Origin: a virus
DNA: 64,000 nt
Strand: one strand, 5' to 3'
IMG/VR virus record: IMGVR_UViG_3300021962_000044
Span: 1 to 64,000 of that record
Both the position numbers and the translations under genes were made by a program. Under the pieces are notes generated by a model. The model worked only from the letters and a program-made list of their open reading frames with translations, was not told the DNA's origin and did not search any database. Shown here piece by piece: positions 29,011-39,251 of the stretch (its first letter is position 1; every line of letters begins with the position of its first letter).

Positions 29011-29603
29011 AAGTTAAAATTAAATCTCTAAAAGTTAATCTGGATAACATAGATTTTGTAGATCCGGATCAAGTAAATGATGGTAGAAATGGTAAAATCC
29101 TTGAACAAGAAATGATGAGGCAAGGATATCCCATAGATCAAAATGGTACAATTGACTTACCCGGAATTGAAGTTAAAAGCAGAAAGTCATCAACTGATGC
29201 AATGCATACAGTTGGCACAATGACATATGACGACATTCTAGTTACCCCGTGGGATCAAACACCATTTAAGAAAAAGTTACAAACACAATATAGGGTTACT
29301 ATTAACAAAGAAGAATGTACCGGTGGTGTTAGTGCTACTGGTAAAGTAGTAGATTTGTCTGATCCAGAAATTCAAAAAGAATTAGAGGATGCATATGAAA
29401 AATGTCGTGCTGAACTCATTGCACAGGGACAAATATATGTAGGACAAACAATTACAGCCGGCGGACAGTATGGTAAATTAGAACATAAGCCCGGTCCTAA
29501 TGGTACTGGCAAAAGTTATGCATTAAGAATACCCAATTCAGGTATGAAAAAAATGCTAACAATGGCTAACAGTACATTTAATCAACTTTTTGAATCAAAT
29601 TAA
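29007..29603 (+). CDS. MutH/Sau3AI-like PD-(D/E)XK endonuclease
   Basis: DLPGIEVK catalytic motif; WDQTPFKKKL, ELEDAYE..GQ..ITA..QY..HK and YALR parallel MutH. Confidence 0.5.
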   Translation: MKVKIKSLKVNLDNIDFVDPDQVNDGRNGKILEQEMMRQGYPIDQNGTIDLPGIEVKSRKSSTDAMHTVGTMTYDDILVTPWDQTPFKKKLQTQYRVTINKEECTGGVSATGKVVDLSDPEIQKELEDAYEKCRAELIAQGQIYVGQTITAGGQYGKLEHKPGPNGTGKSYALRIPNSGMKKMLTMANSTFNQLFESN

Positions 29604-29621
29604 AGGTATATAATTATATAA

Positions 29622-29652
29622 TGTTTCCTGATAAATACAATATCGGGAAACA
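29622..29652 (+). promoter_or_regulatory. Late promoter inside a 12-bp RBS-occluding hairpin
   Basis: TGTTTCCTGATA-aatacaa-TATCGGGAAACA, ATG at 29656. Confidence 0.75.
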
Positions 29653-29655
29653 CAT

Positions 29656-30453
29656 ATGACAATATCAGCAACAGCAAATATCCTTTCTACTCCATCTGGT
29701 CTAACATTAGATGAATTGAAACAAGCATTATTCCAAAACGTTAGATATCGTCTAGGAGATGGCATCATTGACTTGGAACTAGATCCTCAACACTATGAGG
29801 CGGCATATAACTATGCTATCAAAGTCTATCGTCAAAGAGCGCAAAATGCCACACAAGAATCTTATACTCTTTTCACAATAGAAAAGAATGTTGATACATA
29901 CACACTTCCTAGCGAGTTTATTAACGTCAGATGTTTATATCGTAGAACCGTTGGTTTAGAAACAGGGCCAAGTTCTAGCAGTTTTGACCCATTTAGTTCA
30001 GCTATTCTAAACACATATTTGCTAAACTATAACTATGCAGGTGGTATGGCAACATATGATTTCTATGCTGGTTATGTTGAATTAGCCGCACGTATGTTTG
30101 GTGGATATGTAGTTTATACATTTGATCCAGTAACCAAAGTACTACGTATTGTTCGTGATCCAAAAGGATCTGGTGAGCGTATATTGATTTGGGCAGACGT
30201 TCAAAGAACACAAGAAGTATTGTTGCAAGATCCGGGTGCTGGCGTTTGGATTGGTGATTGGGTTTATGCTGTTTTAAAAGGTATCATTGGTGAAGCACGT
30301 GAGAAGTTTGCTAGTATTGCAGGCCCAGGTGGCGGTACAAGCTTAAATGGTGCGGCAATGAAGGCTGAAAGTAAACAACTACAAGAACAATTAATACAAG
30401 AATTGAAAAACTATGTAGATTATTCCGCTCCCTTAACATGGGTACAAGGCTAA
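29656..30453 (+). CDS. Neck protein (T4 gp13-like)
   Basis: RLGDGIIDLELD..; GEAREKF..GPGGGTSLNG. Confidence 0.75.
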   Translation: MTISATANILSTPSGLTLDELKQALFQNVRYRLGDGIIDLELDPQHYEAAYNYAIKVYRQRAQNATQESYTLFTIEKNVDTYTLPSEFINVRCLYRRTVGLETGPSSSSFDPFSSAILNTYLLNYNYAGGMATYDFYAGYVELAARMFGGYVVYTFDPVTKVLRIVRDPKGSGERILIWADVQRTQEVLLQDPGAGVWIGDWVYAVLKGIIGEAREKFASIAGPGGGTSLNGAAMKAESKQLQEQLIQELKNYVDYSAPLTWVQG

Positions 30454-30490
30454 ATTAACTTGGGTTTGAGGATAAGGCATAAATACAAGT

Positions 30491-31321
30491 ATGAAAAACA
30501 TACTTGCAACCATAATTGCTGAAGATACAAGTTATAATAAATCTGTAACTAGATATTTGAGTAAAACACATCCTGAATTATGGAATAAAATATTAGAAAT
30601 CACCTCTTTTTTACCAAAAAATGCTAAACCTAAACAAAGAGTGTGGCATGTATTACATGAAAAATATTCCATAGAGCTATGTCCAATTACCGGAGAAGCA
30701 TTGCGATGGAATGAAAAAGATTACAGAAGATTTGCGTCCATTGAAGCAAAAAATAAAGGTATCGGAAAGATAGTCAGTAGTGCAACTACTGGTAATCATT
30801 GGAGACAAAAAGATCCTAATAAATCTATGCAAGCTAATGAAAAATTCTCAACTGGATTTATTAAGGGTAATCATAAGCCTTGGAATGAACGTAACAGAGA
30901 TTACACATCTAGTTTAGAAGCAGCCAGAAAAACTTGGATGGAAAAATATGGAGTTGATAATCCCTCTAAATGTCCTGCTATACGGCAAAAACTTTCTAAA
31001 TCTGCAATCAGTAGATATTCAGGAGTAGATAGAACTCTGGAAGTAGAATATTATAACGCTGTTAAATTGGTCACTAATAAAAACTGGTATGAACATTTTT
31101 ATGATATTAATCCTAATCGGTTGTCAAGAAGTAGAGACCTTCACTTAGACCACATTTACAGTATTAGTGAAGGTTTCAAAAATAATATTCCTGCAGAAGT
31201 TATTGGGCATTGGACTAATCTAAGATTAATTCCAAAAATAGAAAACTCTAGTAAGGGTGCCAAATGTCACAAAACAATAGAAGAATTATTTGAGGATTAT
31301 AATAGGGTAAATTCTAATTGA
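30491..31321 (+). CDS. HNH homing-type endonuclease
   Basis: EKYGVDNPSK module; HLDHIYS..NL.LI...EN..K. Confidence 0.75.
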   Translation: MKNILATIIAEDTSYNKSVTRYLSKTHPELWNKILEITSFLPKNAKPKQRVWHVLHEKYSIELCPITGEALRWNEKDYRRFASIEAKNKGIGKIVSSATTGNHWRQKDPNKSMQANEKFSTGFIKGNHKPWNERNRDYTSSLEAARKTWMEKYGVDNPSKCPAIRQKLSKSAISRYSGVDRTLEVEYYNAVKLVTNKNWYEHFYDINPNRLSRSRDLHLDHIYSISEGFKNNIPAEVIGHWTNLRLIPKIENSSKGAKCHKTIEELFEDYNRVNSN

Positions 31322-31352
31322 CATTACTATTAGTATATGTCATAATCAGCTT

Positions 31353-31994
31353 ATGAAAAATAAAATTATAGGTGTGTGCGGCCTGATAGGTAGCGGCAAG
31401 GACACAATTGCTGACTATCTTTGCACATTTCACGGATTCAAACGTGTTAGTTTTGCGGCAAGTTTAAAAGACGCAGTAGCAGCCGTCTTTGGCTGGAATA
31501 GAGAATACTTAGAAGGTTCAACTAAAACCAGTAGAGCTTGGCGCGAGCAAAAAGATGAATGGTGGAGTGCCCGATTAGGTATGGAAATCACCCCACGTTG
31601 GGTATTACAATACTGGGGAACAGAAGTCTGTCGTAATAACTTTCATACTGATATTTGGGTAGCTAGTGTAGAGAACAAACTACGACAAACTGATGAAAAC
31701 ATTGTGATTACAGACTGTCGTTTTGTTAATGAAGTTAATTCTATTAAAAGTGTAGGTGGAATTACAATGCGAGTTAACAGGGGTGAGCGACCAGTTTGGT
31801 ATAGTGCCGCAGTTGATTATAACAATGAGCCTGAAGGTAGCGAACAAAGACTAAAAGCTATGGTAGAATTAAGCAACTATGCTGTTCATGCTAGTGAGTA
31901 TTCTAGTGTAGGCTTATTGTATGATTACTATATCGATAACAATGGTTCAATTGATGAGTTACATAAACAAGTGAACTCAGTAGTCAACCTGTAA
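31353..31994 (+). CDS. Deoxynucleoside monophosphate kinase (T4 gp1-like)
   Basis: GLIGSGKDT, FA..LK, PR..LQ..GTE, ITDCRF.NE, HASE. Confidence 0.9.
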   Translation: MKNKIIGVCGLIGSGKDTIADYLCTFHGFKRVSFAASLKDAVAAVFGWNREYLEGSTKTSRAWREQKDEWWSARLGMEITPRWVLQYWGTEVCRNNFHTDIWVASVENKLRQTDENIVITDCRFVNEVNSIKSVGGITMRVNRGERPVWYSAAVDYNNEPEGSEQRLKAMVELSNYAVHASEYSSVGLLYDYYIDNNGSIDELHKQVNSVVNL

Positions 31995-32321
31995 GTCTCC
32001 TCGTTTCCAGGTAACTTCTTTCTTTTTAACCACTTCCACACAGTTAAGACAGATACTACGTAGATTAGATAGTTCAGCGTTATCTAAATTACCATCAATG
32101 TGAAAGACTGTAATTTGACTTGTAAATAAACTTTTGAAGCCGCATAAGTCACATGCGGTTTTTTTCTTATAACCTTTAGTTTTCCATTTAGGGGCACGTG
32201 GTTTAAGTTTATTTTTCTTTCTCCCACACTCATCACACATACTTCTATAGTGTGTTATTCCTGCACGATTGTAGTTAACAGCGCAGTGATTCTTTCCACA
32301 AGTATTGCATACAGGTCTCAT
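31977..32321 (-). CDS. Zn-finger protein with degenerate HNH motif
   Basis: Four CxxC pairs; HIDGN..N....NL..ICLNC; ATG 4 nt after TAAATA. Confidence 0.7.
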   Translation of the reverse strand: MRPVCNTCGKNHCAVNYNRAGITHYRSMCDECGRKKNKLKPRAPKWKTKGYKKKTACDLCGFKSLFTSQITVFHIDGNLDNAELSNLRSICLNCVEVVKKKEVTWKRGDLQVDY

Positions 32322-32441
32322 AATGTATTTATGCCCAGAACCTTCGAAGGTACGGTAAGTAAGCCTTTTTATAGGTATTTGATAAATATTAATATGCAAA
32401 CAGGTAGTAAACCTTAAAATTTTACATAAAGGAAATATAAA

Positions 32442-35400
32442 ATGGCATTAACATCTCCAGGCGTAGAAGTAACGATCATTGACCAGAGTCAATATCTTCC
32501 AGCCCCAACGAATTCAGTCCCACTTATTCTATTAGCAACAGCACAAAACAAAGCTGATGCATCCGGAACAGGTGTAGCAGCCGCAACTACAGCGGCTAAC
32601 GCAAATAAACTGTTCCAAGTAACAAGTCAACGAGATTTGGTAAACTTGTATGGTACACCATTTTTCTATACAACGACAAATGGAACACCAATTCAGGGTT
32701 ATGAATTAAATGAATATGGTTTATTAGCAGCCTATTCAACATTAGGTGTAACAAATCGTTGTTATGTTTTACGTGCTGATATTGATTTAGCTAGCTTAGT
32801 AGGTCAAACAGGTCGTCCAACAGGCAATCCAGATTCTGGTACATATTGGTTAGATACTACTACAAGTACATGGGGTATATATGAGTTTAATCAAACCACT
32901 GGTCAATTCACATTACAAAATCCAATTGTTATCACAAATGCAACTGATTTAACTGCAGGTGTACCTAATAGTAGTATTGGTAATATCGGTGATTATGCAG
33001 TAGATGCTATTCAAATTACTAGTGTACCTACCGGAAGTGAAAGAACTTATTGGTATAAAACAACTGCTAATGTTTGGGTAAAATTAGGTACTGATGGTTG
33101 GAGGTTAGACACACCTGCAGTGCAGGCTACCGAATCTAATCCATCTTTAACAGCGGGCAATACATTTACAATTAATTTGTCGGGTATAGCAGGTGTAACA
33201 GCAACTATTACAGTTCCTGTAGCACCTAACAATAATGTAGCAGGAGTTGCTACCGCAATTAATTCTTTAGATTGGCCACAATTAACAGCAGAAGTTCGTA
33301 GTGGTAAGTTATGTTTATTCAGTAGTCAACATATTGTTTCAGGTACACAAAGTCTTGATATAGCTAACGGTGCTGGCACTGCATTGACTGACATGGGATT
33401 AGTGGCAGGCTCATATAATCAACCAGTAATTGCATATGGTACAAGTGCTCAAATGCCATTATGGGGAAGCAATCAATCAACACCTAGACCAACTGGTTCA
33501 GTCTGGTTAAAAGTTGGTTCTGCTGGTACTGGTTTAAATCCAGTACTATCAGTGTTCAATGGTGCCACCCAATCATTCCAAACTAAAAATGTATCTTTAG
33601 CTACATCAGATTGGACAGCAACAAGTAATTTAGATGCTACCGGTGGTCAAGCTATTCCTGCAGGTAGTATATATGCTCAGTATTCATTCAATACACAGGC
33701 ATCATCTGCCCCTGTTTATATGTGGGAAAGAATTGCTACTGGTCCAACTGTAATTACCGGTTCTAATACGGCTCCAAACTTTACTAGTGGTCCATATTAT
33801 ATGTTAGTATATGTAAGTATTCCCGGAAGCACATCATTAAGTTCTGGATATCAGTTTACATTAGCAGACAACACAGATGCTACAGATTTTGTAACAGCCT
33901 GGGCAGCAGCTAATATACCATATACAACTGCAAGTGTAACAACAGACGGTTCTATACAATTGACACATACTGAAGGTGGTGAAATTATTTTAAGTGATTA
34001 TTTTAATTCATCTTTTACTAATATTAATGTATCTAATGGGTTAATAGAAGATGCTGGATTTATCATTGGTACAACTGGTAGTGTAAAGACTGGCATTTCT
34101 AACAGTGCATCATTTATTGTATCTCAAACATCAACTAGTGGAGTAGGATCAGGTGCTACATTTGCTGTTAATACATTTTTAAATATTTATGTAGTAAATG
34201 GTGATGGTGTTAGTGGTGCAGGTGGCAGTGGTTATGCAGTAGGTGACACCGTTACTATCGCAGGTACTAGTTTAGGTGGAACAACACCAGCAAATGATTT
34301 AGTTCTTGAAATTACATCAGTATCTGCTGGTGCGGCAACATCTTGTACATATATATCAGGTCAACCCCCATCACACTTTACTACACAATTAAGTAATTGG
34401 GTAGAATTTACATACACTGCTAATGAAGGTGCTCCTGCAGTTGCTCCTGCTAATGATACAAACTGGTTCTACAGTGTAGTTGACCAAGTTGATATTATGA
34501 TTAACTTCTCGGGTCAATGGTATGGTTATGGTAATAGAGATTACGATAGTAATGGTTTCCCACTACCAAGTGGCACTAACGTAACTGATCCAAATGGACC
34601 ATTAATTAGTGCTACATCTCCTGCAGTACAAAGTGATGGTACTCCACTAGAATATGGTGACATATGGATTGACACTAGTGATTTAGAAAATTATCCAATA
34701 ATCAGCCGTTGGCAGAGTGTTAGTGGTACTGATCAGTGGGTGTTAATAAATAACACAGACCAAACAAGTAGCACGGGTGTAGTTTTTGCTGATGCTCGTT
34801 GGTCTAGTGATCAGGATACAATAAGTCCAGTAGATGATCCTATCCCAACAATTGTTAGTTTGTTAACTAGCAATAATTTAGATTTAGATGCTCCAGATCC
34901 AACATTGTATCCATCAGGTATGTTGTTGTTTAATACACGCCGTAGTGGTTATAACGTAAAACAATATAGATCAAACTATTTTAATGGTACAGATTTCCCA
35001 GATGAAACATTGCCAACATATACTGATACTTGGGTAACAGTAAGTGGCAATCAGACAAATGGTGCACCATATATGGGTCGTAAAGCACAACGTGCAATGG
35101 TTGTACAATCATTGAATGCGGCAATTGCTACAAATACAGCAATACGTGATGAAGATAACTTCTTTAACTTGCTAGCAACACCTAATTATCCAGAACTACA
35201 GCCTGGTATGATTACATTGAATAATGACCGTGGTCAAACTGGTTATATTCTAGGTGATACCCCAATGAGATTACCGGATGATGCTACTGCAATTCAAGCA
35301 TGGGCTAATAACGAAGCTGGTGCAGCAAGTACAGGTGAAGAAGGTCTTGTAAATCGTGATACGTATATGGGTCTATTCTATCCTAGTGGATTGGCAACAG

Positions 35401-36017
35401 ACTTATCAGGTAATCAAGTAGCAGTACCGGCATCATATATGATGTTACGTACATTCTTACGTAATGATACTATTAGCTATCCGTGGTTAGCGGCAGCAGG
35501 TACTCGTCGTGGTACAATTGACAATGCATTAAGTATTGGTTATGTTGATAGTACTACTGGTGAATTTATGCCAATTAAAACACGTTTAGGTATACGTGAT
35601 GTATTGTATATTAACTTCATTAATCCTCTAGTATTCTTTACTGGTGTTGGTTTATTGAATTACGGTAACAAAACAAGCTTTAATAGTTCAAGTGCATTAG
35701 ATAGAACTAACGTTGCTCGTTTAATTGCTTACATACGTAGACAATTAACATTGGCAGCAAGACCGTTCGTATTTGAACCTAATGATGCATTGACACGTAA
35801 TCAAATTGCAGGTGTTGTACAAACATTGATGGTTGATTTAGTTGCAAAACGCGGTCTATATGATTATCTTGTAGTTTGTGACGAAAGTAACAATACTCCA
35901 GCAAGAATCGATAGAAATGAATTGTGGATTGATGTTGCAGTTGAGCCAGTTAAGGCAGCTGAATTCATCTATATCCCAGTTCGTATATTGAACACAGGCG
36001 AGCTTGGTGGACAATAA
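32442..36017 (+). CDS. Tail sheath protein (gp18-like) with large insertions
   Basis: MALTSPGVEV; PWLAAAG.RRG, INP, NVARL, FVFEPND, NNTPARID, KAAEFIYI. Confidence 0.95.
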   Translation: MALTSPGVEVTIIDQSQYLPAPTNSVPLILLATAQNKADASGTGVAAATTAANANKLFQVTSQRDLVNLYGTPFFYTTTNGTPIQGYELNEYGLLAAYSTLGVTNRCYVLRADIDLASLVGQTGRPTGNPDSGTYWLDTTTSTWGIYEFNQTTGQFTLQNPIVITNATDLTAGVPNSSIGNIGDYAVDAIQITSVPTGSERTYWYKTTANVWVKLGTDGWRLDTPAVQATESNPSLTAGNTFTINLSGIAGVTATITVPVAPNNNVAGVATAINSLDWPQLTAEVRSGKLCLFSSQHIVSGTQSLDIANGAGTALTDMGLVAGSYNQPVIAYGTSAQMPLWGSNQSTPRPTGSVWLKVGSAGTGLNPVLSVFNGATQSFQTKNVSLATSDWTATSNLDATGGQAIPAGSIYAQYSFNTQASSAPVYMWERIATGPTVITGSNTAPNFTSGPYYMLVYVSIPGSTSLSSGYQFTLADNTDATDFVTAWAAANIPYTTASVTTDGSIQLTHTEGGEIILSDYFNSSFTNINVSNGLIEDAGFIIGTTGSVKTGISNSASFIVSQTSTSGVGSGATFAVNTFLNIYVVNGDGVSGAGGSGYAVGDTVTIAGTSLGGTTPANDLVLEITSVSAGAATSCTYISGQPPSHFTTQLSNWVEFTYTANEGAPAVAPANDTNWFYSVVDQVDIMINFSGQWYGYGNRDYDSNGFPLPSGTNVTDPNGPLISATSPAVQSDGTPLEYGDIWIDTSDLENYPIISRWQSVSGTDQWVLINNTDQTSSTGVVFADARWSSDQDTISPVDDPIPTIVSLLTSNNLDLDAPDPTLYPSGMLLFNTRRSGYNVKQYRSNYFNGTDFPDETLPTYTDTWVTVSGNQTNGAPYMGRKAQRAMVVQSLNAAIATNTAIRDEDNFFNLLATPNYPELQPGMITLNNDRGQTGYILGDTPMRLPDDATAIQAWANNEAGAASTGEEGLVNRDTYMGLFYPSGLATDLSGNQVAVPASYMMLRTFLRNDTISYPWLAAAGTRRGTIDNALSIGYVDSTTGEFMPIKTRLGIRDVLYINFINPLVFFTGVGLLNYGNKTSFNSSSALDRTNVARLIAYIRRQLTLAARPFVFEPNDALTRNQIAGVVQTLMVDLVAKRGLYDYLVVCDESNNTPARIDRNELWIDVAVEPVKAAEFIYIPVRILNTGELGGQ

Positions 36018-36025
36018 TAAAATAT

Positions 36026-36050
36026 GATACCCCGAAAGGGGTATCTATTT
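36026..36050 (+). terminator. Hairpin/terminator between sheath and tube genes
   Basis: GATACCCC-GAAA-GGGGTATC with a weak T tail. Confidence 0.6.
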
Positions 36051-36082
36051 AAATAGATAAATATTAATAACAGGAGAAAAAA

Positions 36083-36718
36083 ATGGCAATAGCCTCACAA
36101 TCATTGTTTAACATGACCGTAGCATCTGATAATGCTGGCGGAAATCAGGGCTTGCTAATGCCCAAACTACAATATCGTTTTAGAGTTAATTTTCTTAACT
36201 TTGGTACGAGTGCATCTACAAATGAATTAACTAAGCAAGTTATTGACGTAACACGCCCTTCAGTTAGTTTTGGTGAGATTACTATACCAGTTTATAACTC
36301 TACTATGTATTTGGCAGGACGTCACGAATGGCAACCTATGACAATCAACGTTAGAGATGACGCTACCGGTAGTGTTTCAAAATTGGTTGGTCAACAATTA
36401 CAGAAACAAATGGACTTTGTTGAACAAGCATCTGCGGCTACTGGTCAAGATTATAAGTTCCAAACAAACATTGAAATCTTAGATGGTGGTAACGGTACTG
36501 CTGCTCCTGTGGTATTAGAAACATGGGAAGTATATGGATGTTTCTTACAAGGTGCTAATTACAATAATTTAGCATACAGTTCTAATGAAGTAGTAACTAT
36601 ACAGATGGCAATTCGTTTTGACAATGCAGTTCAATCACCATTGACTTCAGGTGTTGGCACAAGTGTTGGACGTGCTTTTGGTGGACAATCAACTACTGGT
36701 ATTGGTTCTACAACTTAA
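36083..36718 (+). CDS. Tail tube protein (gp19-like)
   Basis: PKLQYRFRV..AGRHEW..LD...LAY; directly follows the sheath gene. Confidence 0.85.
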   Translation: MAIASQSLFNMTVASDNAGGNQGLLMPKLQYRFRVNFLNFGTSASTNELTKQVIDVTRPSVSFGEITIPVYNSTMYLAGRHEWQPMTINVRDDATGSVSKLVGQQLQKQMDFVEQASAATGQDYKFQTNIEILDGGNGTAAPVVLETWEVYGCFLQGANYNNLAYSSNEVVTIQMAIRFDNAVQSPLTSGVGTSVGRAFGGQSTTGIGSTT

Positions 36719-36736
36719 TATATTTTAATATATTAA

Positions 36737-37927
36737 ATGTCTGGATTCTTTCAAAACTTACTAACAGACGCTGCCGGAGGATTCTTCGGCAACGACTACC
36801 TTCGTGATTATACTCACGCTAGTAAAACATTCAGACCTAATGCATATCAATATGCACCTAAATTTAAATTCCTATTCCATGTGTATTTTGAAATCAATCA
36901 AAGTGCATATGCAGTAGGATTACCTCAAGGTGCAAACTTTGGCTTAGCTGTTAAATCTATTAAATTGCCTAGCTACTCATTTGATACACATACAATGAAT
37001 CAATACAATCGTAAACGTATTGTACAAACAAAAATTAAATATGATCCTATAGATATTAACTTCCATGATGACAATGGTAATTTAATTCGTAATATGTGGT
37101 ATAATTACTATACATATTATTATAAAGATGCAAGTATTCCAGTAGCATCGGTATCAGGAAGACAAGCACAACAAACAGGTAATGGTAGTACTAATAGTCC
37201 CAATAATACAAATTATAATTTAAGAAATATCTATTCACAATCTATTACAGGTGATACTAATTGGGGCTATGTAGGAGAAACACCTGATAGTCCTGCTACT
37301 AATATACAAGCTAGTAATGGACAAACTAAAATTCCATTTTTTAAGAACGTTACAATATTTGGATTTAATCAACATAATTATGTAGCATATACCTTAATTA
37401 ATCCTATCATTAATAGATTTACACATGATACCTACGATTATTCACAGGGTAATGGTACAATGACAAATACAATGACATTAGATTATGAAACTGTTAAATA
37501 TTTCCAAGGTGCTATTAATGGTAAAGAACCTAGCAATATTGTTGCTGGATTTGGACTAGAGACTAATTATGATAGAGTACCTAGTCCTATTACAAGACCG
37601 GGAAGTCAGGCTAGTATATTAGGTCAAGGTGGTTTAGTAGACGGAGTTAATGGCGTCATTAACGATTTGTCCGGAGAAAACACAAATGTATTAGGAGCTA
37701 TACAAAAAGCAGGTGCTACTTATAATACTCTTAAAAATATGAATTTAAAACAAGCAATTAAGAGTGAAGTAACAACTGGAATCACTAATGCTATTATGAA
37801 TCCTTTAAATAATACTGGAAGAAATGTATTATTTAATTTACCTATATTTGGTAATACACCAAATCAATCTAAACAAGCAAATGGTAGAGCCGTAGTTCCT
37901 CCTAATATAAATAGTACAGGAGGATAA
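36737..37927 (+). CDS. Tail-tube-like baseplate protein (gp48/gp54-like)
   Basis: VKSIKLP..NQYNRKR..YDPI..FHDD; position after the tube gene. Confidence 0.6.
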   Translation: MSGFFQNLLTDAAGGFFGNDYLRDYTHASKTFRPNAYQYAPKFKFLFHVYFEINQSAYAVGLPQGANFGLAVKSIKLPSYSFDTHTMNQYNRKRIVQTKIKYDPIDINFHDDNGNLIRNMWYNYYTYYYKDASIPVASVSGRQAQQTGNGSTNSPNNTNYNLRNIYSQSITGDTNWGYVGETPDSPATNIQASNGQTKIPFFKNVTIFGFNQHNYVAYTLINPIINRFTHDTYDYSQGNGTMTNTMTLDYETVKYFQGAINGKEPSNIVAGFGLETNYDRVPSPITRPGSQASILGQGGLVDGVNGVINDLSGENTNVLGAIQKAGATYNTLKNMNLKQAIKSEVTTGITNAIMNPLNNTGRNVLFNLPIFGNTPNQSKQANGRAVVPPNINSTGG

Positions 37928-37930
37928 CTC

Positions 37931-38290
37931 ATGGCACGAATTATAGATGACCGCACGTCAACTGATTTAACAGTTAAAATATTTGATGATTTCTATTCAT
38001 TTAATATGGTAGTTAACGGTAATGAATTTGATATTGTTAATGGATATTTTAAAACAGTATGCGCTACTAGAGCTATCGCAGGTAATTTTACTGCATTTTT
38101 ATTTAGAATATCACAAGAAACAGGAATTCCTGTATTAGATTTGTTGGGCCAAATTCAAGGTACTAACAAATTGCAAATGAATCAGGTTATATCATACTAC
38201 TTAAACAGTTTTAAATCTAAAACTAGTTTATACGGTGTCAGTACAATACCTCAACCAACTCAACCTGTAGCACGTAACATCGTGCAATAA
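37931..38290 (+). CDS. Hypothetical virion protein
   Basis: 119-aa ORF in the tail operon with GGAGG RBS. Confidence 0.65.
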   Translation: MARIIDDRTSTDLTVKIFDDFYSFNMVVNGNEFDIVNGYFKTVCATRAIAGNFTAFLFRISQETGIPVLDLLGQIQGTNKLQMNQVISYYLNSFKSKTSLYGVSTIPQPTQPVARNIVQ

Positions 38291-38292
38291 TC

Positions 38293-38730
38293 ATGGCAAA
38301 GTTTGCTCAAGGTATATTCACTCCAAAAAATGTTCAAAAATATGTAGGTAAACATACACCTAGATATCGTAGTGGATGGGAACTCACATTTATGATGTTC
38401 CTGGATTCTAATTCGAGCATAATTCAATGGGCAAGTGAATCTATTAGAATTCCATATAGAAACCCCTTAACCGGAAAAGCTAGCACATATGTTCCGGATT
38501 TTTTAGTTTTATATGAAAATAAGTATAAGAAGCAAATAGCTGAACTTGTTGAAATCAAACCAAAAAAACAATCACTAATTGAAAGCAGAACAGCTAGTGC
38601 TAGAGACCAAGCTATTGTGGCAGTCAACCACGCTAAATGGGCATCCGCACGTGCATGGTGTTCACAAAATGGTTTAACTTTTAGAGTAATTAATGAAAAT
38701 GACCTTTTCTATAATGGGCGAAGCAAGTAA
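38293..38730 (+). CDS. Head completion nuclease (T4 gp4-like, TnsA fold)
   Basis: YRSGWE..F.D..WASE..IPY..YVPDF..EIKP..N.AKW. Confidence 0.85.
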   Translation: MAKFAQGIFTPKNVQKYVGKHTPRYRSGWELTFMMFLDSNSSIIQWASESIRIPYRNPLTGKASTYVPDFLVLYENKYKKQIAELVEIKPKKQSLIESRTASARDQAIVAVNHAKWASARAWCSQNGLTFRVINENDLFYNGRSK

Positions 38731-38742
38731 CTAAATACTTGT

Positions 38743-39225
38743 ATGACAAAAAAATTAACCGAATTGTTTGAATTACCACAAGATGAAATTGACAGCTTGC
38801 ATATTCCTATTCCAGAAAATGCACATGAGATAACCACTGATGCATTAAGTGCGTTAGAAAAGATTGACCAAGCATTGCCACAAGTACGTGGATTAGATGC
38901 AAGTGACGGAGAACTAGATGAACTAGCACAAATGGCAGTAGATAGTTTTAAAGATTTAAGTGATTTGGGTATGCAAGTAGATAGTAGATTTAGTAGCGAA
39001 ATTTTTAGTGTTGCAAGTAATATGTTAGGCCATGCTATTACAGCTAAGACTGCAAAGCTTAATAAAAAGTTAAAAATGATTGATTTACAGCTTAAAAAAG
39101 CACAGTTGGATCAAAAATTAGCTAGCAAATCCGAAGAGATAGAGAATACTCCTGTCGGTGAAGGCAAAGCTTTAGACCGTAACGAGTTGTTAAAGATGTT
39201 GGCTACTAAAACAAATGAACAATGA
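38743..39225 (+). CDS. Helical protein, possibly small terminase subunit
   Basis: Helical/coiled coil, late leaderless start; assignment tentative. Confidence 0.35.
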   Translation: MTKKLTELFELPQDEIDSLHIPIPENAHEITTDALSALEKIDQALPQVRGLDASDGELDELAQMAVDSFKDLSDLGMQVDSRFSSEIFSVASNMLGHAITAKTAKLNKKLKMIDLQLKKAQLDQKLASKSEEIENTPVGEGKALDRNELLKMLATKTNEQ

Positions 39226-39251
39226 TAAATACATAATACAGGAATAATGAA

